DNA of 64,000 nt from a virus (Duplodnaviria > Caudoviricetes), in IMG/VR virus record IMGVR_UViG_3300021379_000005, positions 64,881-128,880 of that record; one strand, given 5' to 3'. A model generated the notes under the pieces. That model made no database searches, was not told the origin of the DNA, and saw only the letters and a program-made list of their open reading frames with translations. This document shows positions 57,906 through 64,000 of the stretch, piece after piece. Made by a program: the position numbers and the translations under genes. Position 1 is the first letter of the stretch. Every line of letters starts with the position of its first letter.

Positions 57906-58639
57906 CAGTCTCGTTGTGTTATATTAACGTCTGCGTTATCGCCAGAAAAAGTGGCGTCAATTAAGGTATCATAAATTCCTGATTGGGAAATTTTAAAATT
58001 TCCACCACCACCAGTAATGTCTAGTGTAATACTGTGTCCGTTAATATCCCCATTTCCAGTTTGATCTATATCAATGTAGTTTCCTGGCGCACTTGTAGAA
58101 AGTCCTGTAGTTGCATGTGTGATTGTGCCAGATGCAAGACTTGAAGAAGAATCAACTGTAACAGTGATATCTGCTTCTGTTCCATCTTGTACTAAATCGA
58201 TCACATTACCGTCACCAGTAATTGTGAAATCTGCAACCAAATTTTCTGCATCATTATTTTCACCGATATACATTTGGAATTGGTTATTATCGCCAGTTGT
58301 AGTAATATCTAATGTAACAGTTTCACAGTTAACGCCTGAAGTGGCATCACAAGTCAAATCTACTGTATTTGTATCTCCAGTAAACGCCCATGTTCCTGTA
58401 TAGGTATTACCTTTAATTACAGCGTCAATTTCATTGAAATTGCCCGTTTGGGTAATATCAAATGTCATTGTATCGCCTTCCAGTGTCATATCAGTAGTCG
58501 AATCGCCGATTTTATTGTCTTGCCCATCTTGTACAATATCTAAGTCCAGATTATCGCCAGATTGTGTAATGTAGATTTCATTAGCGTATACTGGAATAGT
58601 GTACAGAAGTGCAAAAATTAGTAGTATTTTTTTAAACAT
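57905..58639 (-). CDS. Curlin-like repeat protein (CsgA/CsgB-like)
   Basis: Signal peptide, NEIYITQSGDNLDLDIVQDGQDN, repeated ITQTG/GDxN units. Confidence 0.78.
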   Translation of the reverse strand: MFKKILLIFALLYTIPVYANEIYITQSGDNLDLDIVQDGQDNKIGDSTTDMTLEGDTMTFDITQTGNFNEIDAVIKGNTYTGTWAFTGDTNTVDLTCDATSGVNCETVTLDITTTGDNNQFQMYIGENNDAENLVADFTITGDGNVIDLVQDGTEADITVTVDSSSSLASGTITHATTGLSTSAPGNYIDIDQTGNGDINGHSITLDITGGGGNFKISQSGIYDTLIDATFSGDNADVNITQRD

Positions 58640-58640
58640 A

Positions 58641-59459
58641 TTAGTCCTCTTGATTTAATTCCATTTTCCAGAGTTGTTTTTTTACTCCACCATAAACTAA
58701 CTCGATCACGCCCTGTTCTATTGCTGCTCTGACAGCATAATTAACAGGTTCATTTGATGAAAAGCCGGTTTCAGTTTCTACGAGTTTTGTACCAAGATCT
58801 AAAAATTTAAATATATCTGCACCACTTCGATAACTTGCAATGGTTTTATCCGTTGCGATACTCATTAACACCTTACCTGTACTAACACTTACTAGTCGCA
58901 TAACCACAGTAACAGTATCTATTCTGTATTCTGTTTGTGCGCCAACCCCTAAGTATCTAGCGCCGACACCGCCTGTCGCCGTATTTGAATCATAACCAAC
59001 CACTCCCCCCTCAAGGATAAGTCCTGCAAAAATCATAGGACTTAATGGTTCTGGGCCGCCTGGTTTGTCTTTATCATAGACATCTCTTGTCTGTCTAATT
59101 AATTGTCTTTCTTTTATTAAATTGTCCATACCAACACGCTCTACAACTTCAAACCATGTTCCATTACCTACATCTTGAAGTGCCTTTATAACCCAAACTT
59201 CTGATCCTTGAGTTACTGCAGAACTTAAACTTGCAATATTAGATGCCGCCTTTCTTTGTCCAGTTTTATCTAAAAACTGATAGACTGCAATCGTAATTTT
59301 TGGCCCGTCAATCGGTGGCACCGCCGCAAGACGTTCCTTGATAGGACTCTCTTGCAATTCTGGAGAAGTATTAACATCCCATAAAGTCTCAAGACTCTTT
59401 TGAGTTGCACATCCAGATAAAACTAAAAGAGAAAATATTAATGGTAACAACTTTCTCAA
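58641..59459 (-). CDS. csgG: Curli secretion channel CsgG
   Basis: Lipobox LSGC; AVYQFLDKTGQRK, SSAVTQG, WFEVVER..NLIKERQLIR, EGGVVGYDSN..GG.GARYLG, NEPV. Confidence 0.93.
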   Translation of the reverse strand: MRKLLPLIFSLLVLSGCATQKSLETLWDVNTSPELQESPIKERLAAVPPIDGPKITIAVYQFLDKTGQRKAASNIASLSSAVTQGSEVWVIKALQDVGNGTWFEVVERVGMDNLIKERQLIRQTRDVYDKDKPGGPEPLSPMIFAGLILEGGVVGYDSNTATGGVGARYLGVGAQTEYRIDTVTVVMRLVSVSTGKVLMSIATDKTIASYRSGADIFKFLDLGTKLVETETGFSSNEPVNYAVRAAIEQGVIELVYGGVKKQLWKMELNQED

Positions 59460-59917
59460 AAACCAAACTCCCCTGTTGGAATTGTTATTTCAGTAACACT
59501 TCCATCTTCTTCAACAACGGTTAATGTTATGGTACCAGCAACTGGGTCTTTTATCCAAGTTATAGTAGAACCCTCAATTTCAGCGGTTCCAGTATTCGAA
59601 CAAACATCCCCACAATCAGCAAACATTGCGTCTACCATCTGTTTAGATAGTGTTGCGTAAATTCTAGATTCGATATTTCTTAGAAACTTTGCCAGAGTTG
59701 TATTTTCAAGTTCTCTCTGAATTCTTGCAGCCTCTGCCTCTGCCTCTTTTCTCAAATCCTCTTTTCTATTATGTTGTAACTGTTCGACACTCAAAACATG
59801 AGTAGAATAACCATTTCCATAGTGAAACGCTGGATTCTTAAACCCCCATGTCAGTTCAGAAGCATATAGATTACTGCTCACAAATATTAAACCTATAACT
59901 GTCAGTATTTTTTTCAT
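59456..59917 (-). CDS. csgF: Curli assembly component CsgF
   Basis: Signal peptide then ELTWGFKNPAF..GNG (CsgF pore-binding N-terminus); adjacent to csgG. Confidence 0.85.
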   Translation of the reverse strand: MKKILTVIGLIFVSSNLYASELTWGFKNPAFHYGNGYSTHVLSVEQLQHNRKEDLRKEAEAEAARIQRELENTTLAKFLRNIESRIYATLSKQMVDAMFADCGDVCSNTGTAEIEGSTITWIKDPVAGTITLTVVEEDGSVTEITIPTGEFGF

Positions 59918-59927
59918 AAGTTTTCCT

Positions 59928-60221
59928 CTAGGAATTTTCTTTTCGTTTTTTTATAACTTCTTCTACTTCTTCGTCAGATGGGACAACAACTCCCTTTTGT
60001 TGTAAAATCATATTTAACTTTGTGTTCAATCTTATTAAATCATTGTCCAACATTCTAACCCTATCGATTAGTGCTATCAGAGTCATATGCGATTCTTCGA
60101 TAACAGGATCTACCTCTTCTGTTACCCAATGCCAGATATAGTATATGAAATAACCCAGTCCAAATGCGGCTATGATAGGAAATCCATATTGTCCTATTAA
60201 TGATCCTAATTCTAATTCCAT
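59928..60221 (-). CDS. Single-TM coiled-coil membrane protein (paralog of 60605-60892)
   Basis: YGFPIIAAFGLGYFIY...LIDRVRMLDNDLIRL. Confidence 0.7.
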   Translation of the reverse strand: MELELGSLIGQYGFPIIAAFGLGYFIYYIWHWVTEEVDPVIEESHMTLIALIDRVRMLDNDLIRLNTKLNMILQQKGVVVPSDEEVEEVIKKRKENS

Positions 60222-60222
60222 T

Positions 60223-60423
60223 TTACTCTCTATTTACACCGTCATCGCCAGAGATATGACATAACCAACCTTTTTCGTTCACACGAAAAAGGTCTCCAGG
60301 CTTATACAGAAAGTGTTCTTTCTCACTTCCGTCTGCATCTATTCCCATAAGTTCACCTTCCCATTCACCACGAACTTTAAAGTTCCTTCCAGCTTGCTCG
60401 ATGACATATTCTAACCAAATCAT
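60223..60423 (-). CDS. Small hypothetical protein
   Basis: YKPGDLFRVNEKGWL; coupled. Confidence 0.6.
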   Translation of the reverse strand: MIWLEYVIEQAGRNFKVRGEWEGELMGIDADGSEKEHFLYKPGDLFRVNEKGWLCHISGDDGVNRE

Positions 60424-60605
60424 GTCGTAGTATCCTCTGCAACACTTCCAATTTTTTCAAAATAACCATTAGGCCCAACTTGATATAAATCACCAATCTG
60501 TAACTCAACATCATCAATAACAAAAAATTTATCGTCTGGATCTTTTGCCGATGTAATTCTAAATCCGTTTTTAAATTTCATTAATAGTAAGTCTTTCCAA
60601 AGCAT
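60420..60605 (-). CDS. Small hypothetical protein
   Basis: LQIGDLYQVGPNGYF; coupled. Confidence 0.6.
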   Translation of the reverse strand: MLWKDLLLMKFKNGFRITSAKDPDDKFFVIDDVELQIGDLYQVGPNGYFEKIGSVAEDTTT

Positions 60606-60892
60606 TAATCTTTCCTCGCATCTGTTTGTCCATCCGCTCTTGCAATTCTATTAAGATCTGCAGGCAATAATGGAATATTAAATGATCTACACATTAGTAT
60701 ATCAATTCGCAAGAGTTCATTATTCATGGTCTTCACTCTATTATCTAAAGATTGCACAAACCCTCTTTGTGTTTTGATATTATCCAAAACCCCAGCAAGA
60801 ATAAATTTTAATGTTAAGAAAACGAAAAAACCTCCGGCAAGAGCAGAGGCAATCGGAAACCCGACATCGGCTACTAAAGATAAAAAGTCCAT
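60605..60892 (-). CDS. Single-TM coiled-coil membrane protein
   Basis: VGFPIASALAGGFFVF...LDNRVKTMNNELLRID...RIARADG..DARKD. Confidence 0.7.
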   Translation of the reverse strand: MDFLSLVADVGFPIASALAGGFFVFLTLKFILAGVLDNIKTQRGFVQSLDNRVKTMNNELLRIDILMCRSFNIPLLPADLNRIARADGQTDARKD

Positions 60893-60911
60893 AAAAGAAT
60901 CCTCTCACCTG

Positions 60912-60919
60912 TATTTATG
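60912..60919 (-). promoter_or_regulatory. Late-promoter variant CATAAATA heading the curli operon
   Basis: One mismatch to TATAAATA; lies between a terminator and the GAGG RBS. Confidence 0.55.
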
Positions 60920-60939
60920 ATTTTGATTCATTCTAGGCC

Positions 60940-60970
60940 AAAAAAAAGGGCAGTAATGATACCACCCTTT
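60940..60970 (-). terminator. Rho-independent terminator
   Basis: AAAGGGTGGTA-TCAT-TACTGCCCTTTTTTTT. Confidence 0.8.
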
Positions 60971-60991
60971 GTAACATTTGTCAGATTTGCA

Positions 60992-61156
60992 TCAAGTTAT
61001 ATACCATATTACCAAAGATGCAAGAACAATCCATAAAGAATGCTGGAAACCAAACTTAATAAAACCAAATACGATACTAAGAAATATTCCTATAGAAACA
61101 CCTAACACTGCAAGTATTGATATCACATCAAGTGCTAATTGTAAGTCTCCACCCAT
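60992..61156 (-). CDS. Small membrane protein, 54 aa
   Basis: Manual translation MGGDLQLALDVISILAVLGVSIGIFLSIVFGFIKFGF...; AGGAG RBS. Confidence 0.6.
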   Translation of the reverse strand: MGGDLQLALDVISILAVLGVSIGIFLSIVFGFIKFGFQHSLWIVLASLVIWYIT

Positions 61157-61165
61157 TTCAAACTC

Positions 61166-62473
61166 CTAATCTATGATGATTGGTCTATCCAATCTTTCTA
61201 TTTCTCTAACAGTTGCAGCTGCGTCATTCCTATATTTATTGTCATCATTAATAAGAGATACATCATATCTCACTCTGTTAATTGCATATGCAGTATCCGT
61301 AATTTGTCGATTCCCTGCAATATCTTCTGGTATATTTCTAGATGCATCGCCAAGAATTTGTCCACAAGTAAGTAACGAATTACTATGGAAATTGTCCCAA
61401 TATCCATAAGACATTATATCATCATGTTCTCCACACACATCATTCCACCCATGACCAAACTGTGGAAATATATAACCAGAGTTTGGGAATCCTTGATTTT
61501 CTGGGCCGTGGGCAAGTCCTATCGAATGTCCGATTTCGTGTAAATCGGTTTTCCATGTACACGCTGCCATTGAAACAATAGGATACCCCTCATAAAATCT
61601 AGTGTTGGGATATGCAACACCGCAAGTATTTGGATATGTGGTTCCTGCACCCAATACAATGTCTGCATTAACTTCTGTTGCAATTTTTTCTAAATTATAT
61701 AATCCATGATAATGGGATATCCAAATTTCTTTGATTACAAATCTAGCAAAGACTCCAGAATCTTCATACAGTTTGTTAAATTTTTCAACTCTTGTATTCC
61801 ACTTCGCCCACAATCTAGAAGGGTCGTTATTCGGGTCTATATTTGAAATAAGGCCTGGTTCCATGTCATCACCCTCAATATGAGGTTCGTATTCAAAGAT
61901 AGTTAATTCAAAATTAACAATAGATTCATCATCTTCACCATAAAAAATAAATCCTTCTTCTGGTGAATTTCTCGACACCGCATATCCAAGACAATCTACA
62001 AGACCTTCATGGGCACATCTTGGTTCATCTTCTATAGTGTAAAGGAATTCTTCATCATTTAAAATAATCGTACCTTCACCAATTCTTCCATCACCATAAA
62101 TTAAAAGTGTATACTCATCGGGAGTTTCAACCCACCCTATTGTTTCTTTTGTAGTTTCATACCACCAATCTAATATAATATCTTCTACTGGTTCACCAAA
62201 CTGTTCATATGAAACTTCAACCACAACGGGGTTGAATCTATCACCAGTTGGCAAAGTCATTTTAAAAACGACAACTGGTTCCTCATAACCACAATCTTCT
62301 GATAACTCTTCTTCTACTACATAAGTTCCGCCCTTACCATCGTGGTATTCTTGAAACTTAGAGTAGTTTTGACACCAATAATCTGCAACTGGTGTCCCGG
62401 CTAGGGGATATGATTCCCCACTACTACATGCACTCAAAAAAAGTGCAAGTACTACAGTATACAATCCTTTCAT
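61166..62473 (-). CDS. Lipoprotein metzincin metalloprotease (reprolysin-like)
   Basis: Lipobox LSAC; CGVAY, HEIGHSIGLAH, Met-turn DIMSY. Confidence 0.85.
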   Translation of the reverse strand: MKGLYTVVLALFLSACSSGESYPLAGTPVADYWCQNYSKFQEYHDGKGGTYVVEEELSEDCGYEEPVVVFKMTLPTGDRFNPVVVEVSYEQFGEPVEDIILDWWYETTKETIGWVETPDEYTLLIYGDGRIGEGTIILNDEEFLYTIEDEPRCAHEGLVDCLGYAVSRNSPEEGFIFYGEDDESIVNFELTIFEYEPHIEGDDMEPGLISNIDPNNDPSRLWAKWNTRVEKFNKLYEDSGVFARFVIKEIWISHYHGLYNLEKIATEVNADIVLGAGTTYPNTCGVAYPNTRFYEGYPIVSMAACTWKTDLHEIGHSIGLAHGPENQGFPNSGYIFPQFGHGWNDVCGEHDDIMSYGYWDNFHSNSLLTCGQILGDASRNIPEDIAGNRQITDTAYAINRVRYDVSLINDDNKYRNDAAATVREIERLDRPIIID

Positions 62474-62479
62474 AAAAAT

Positions 62480-62875
62480 TTATGTCCTAGTAATTAATTC
62501 AACAAGATTTAAAGCAACAGAAGTACAAGATATAGACCTGCCTATCATAATTGCCCTGTCGCTCCATTGCATTCCTACTATAACCCACCCTATACTTGCA
62601 ATGACATATAAGATTTGTCCTACCATTTCAAAACCAGCACTCAGTGAAAAAATACCAAAAACTGCAAAGATAGTAGACATCCATTTAACATACCAGTCAA
62701 ATGTACCGACTGGTGTTGTTGGAGTAAGATCATCTACTTCACTTTGCAACTGGGCGAGTTCTTCTTTAAGTCTTTTTCTTTCCTGAGAAAGTTCCATGGC
62801 GATTTTTCCTGCCTTGGACATTTGACTTTTTTCAAACTTTTCCTTGATCTCTGGGTCTACATCATCATTATTCAT
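62480..62875 (-). CDS. Membrane protein
   Basis: Coiled coil, then DWYVKW and about 3 TM segments. Confidence 0.65.
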   Translation of the reverse strand: MNNDDVDPEIKEKFEKSQMSKAGKIAMELSQERKRLKEELAQLQSEVDDLTPTTPVGTFDWYVKWMSTIFAVFGIFSLSAGFEMVGQILYVIASIGWVIVGMQWSDRAIMIGRSISCTSVALNLVELITRT

Positions 62876-62887
62876 AATTTAATACAC

Positions 62888-63244
62888 TTAAGATTTTCCA
62901 TGTGGAGCTGGTTTACCATCAGGCCCCAAATTAACAAATACAATACTATCTACACTTGTGATAGTTTTTTCGGTACGTTTATTTCTTACATCACATTTGA
63001 TAGTAATACTTGTGCGGCCAAATGCAATTGTCTCCATTCCTATTTCAATGATATCACCACGAATAGCACTATGTTTAAACTCAATATTACTCATACTTCG
63101 TGTGACAACTCTATCATTATCCAATTGACAACTACAATAAATATATGCTTCTTCGTCAATCCAATCCAATACCCTGCCTCCAAATAGTGTGCCGTTACTA
63201 TTCAGATCTTTATGGGCTATCATTTTTCGTGTAAAGTAGTTCAC
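62888..63244 (-). CDS. Acyl-CoA thioesterase (hotdog fold)
   Basis: DLNSNGTLFGGRVLDWIDE, FGRTSI, VFVNL..DGKP. Confidence 0.9.
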   Translation of the reverse strand: MNYFTRKMIAHKDLNSNGTLFGGRVLDWIDEEAYIYCSCQLDNDRVVTRSMSNIEFKHSAIRGDIIEIGMETIAFGRTSITIKCDVRNKRTEKTITSVDSIVFVNLGPDGKPAPHGKS

Positions 63245-63516
63245 TTTTCTAATTTTTTGAGTCTTTCTTCCAGTTCGTCAATCTTACCAGTCATTTTAGG
63301 ATATCTTTTGCGCCAAGCATCTGGTGGTTCTTGCAACCATGCAATACCCCACCTCTCTGCAAGATACTCCATAAAAGTATCGAACTTGGCGTATCCCCAT
63401 AGTCCCATACGAGTATCTTTGAACCACATTAAAAATGCAGCACCAAAAAGACTTCCTGCGATGCCCGTATAAATCCACAACCTATCGGTTGCCATCCTCT
63501 CGATCATTTCCCACAT
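63241..63516 (-). CDS. Hypothetical membrane protein
   Basis: One TM; WRKRYPK..KIDELE. Confidence 0.65.
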   Translation of the reverse strand: MWEMIERMATDRLWIYTGIAGSLFGAAFLMWFKDTRMGLWGYAKFDTFMEYLAERWGIAWLQEPPDAWRKRYPKMTGKIDELEERLKKLEK

Positions 63517-63679
63517 TTTTATTCTCCAATATCTTTATTACTTTGTTATATCCAGATATTTCGCCTAACAAATGTGATCTAATGTGATCTGGAATTGCCT
63601 TTACGAGGGTTTTGCCATCTAATTTTTTACGATTAAGATCCCTCAATCTTCGTACATCTGCAATTATTTCTGCAGTCAC
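63482..63679 (-). CDS. Hypothetical protein
   Basis: Coupled ORF. Confidence 0.5.
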   Translation of the reverse strand: MTAEIIADVRRLRDLNRKKLDGKTLVKAIPDHIRSHLLGEISGYNKVIKILENKNVGNDREDGNR

Positions 63680-64000
63680 TTTTTGTCTCCTATGGACTCT
63701 TTTAGTCCTTCCGTATATCTCATATAATATTTCATACTATGGTCATAAGCACCATCAAAGAATTGTCTTTTCTTTAATGCGGCCCATCTCCCTCTCATTT
63801 GATCTTTAAATCTCTGCCATGGTGTCAATTTACGAATATTACCATAAAAATTAATATAACGCAACTTACCATGATGTTTATAAGTAAAGATTGCAGGCGG
63901 TACACTTGGTACTATATCATTATTGTTTACAAATCTAATATGATTTGCAATATTAGATTTACAGTATTCACGATTACCAACTCTCGGCGAACCAAAGTAC
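63676..64000 (-). CDS. Class 3 lipase, C-terminal part (runs off window end)
   Basis: Frame open from 63999: YFGSPRVGN...RFVNNNDIVPSVPP...YKHHG...DHSM. Confidence 0.85.
   Translation of the reverse strand, partial: YFGSPRVGNREYCKSNIANHIRFVNNNDIVPSVPPAIFTYKHHGKLRYINFYGNIRKLTPWQRFKDQMRGRWAALKKRQFFDGAYDHSMKYYMRYTEGLKESIGDKK

Overview
A 64 kb, AT-rich segment of a large T4-like myovirus, probably marine. It most likely infects an alphaproteobacterium, judging by a circularly permuted two-piece tmRNA with tag ANDNFAPEFALAA and a DUF1127 gene. 1-20.7 kb: baseplate/tail module (gp8 partial, gp7, gp6, gp25, gp5, hub, gp53, gp48, then divergent gp4, gp2, gp54, gp26, gp51 and tape measure) under TATAAATA late promoters. 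20.7-34 kb: gp32/gp59/gp33, exonuclease, PhoH, tmRNA, M15 endolysin, Mom-like DNA modifier, peroxiredoxin, SET protein and 6 tRNAs. 34-53.5 kb: accessory region of small minus-strand ORFs behind sigma70-type promoters, including an alternative oxidase, a GmrSD-like nuclease, a 2OG oxygenase, a SleB hydrolase and two structured non-coding gaps. 53.6-64 kb: IscA, a curli secretion operon (CsgF, CsgG, two curlin-like proteins) interleaved with FecR and a CHASE2 adenylate cyclase, then a metalloprotease lipoprotein, a thioesterase and a partial lipase. The most notable items are the curli-FecR-cyclase module and an RBS-preceded 47-codon ORF inside the excised intervening segment of the tmRNA. All protein calls come from motif recognition and synteny by eye; no database searches were run.
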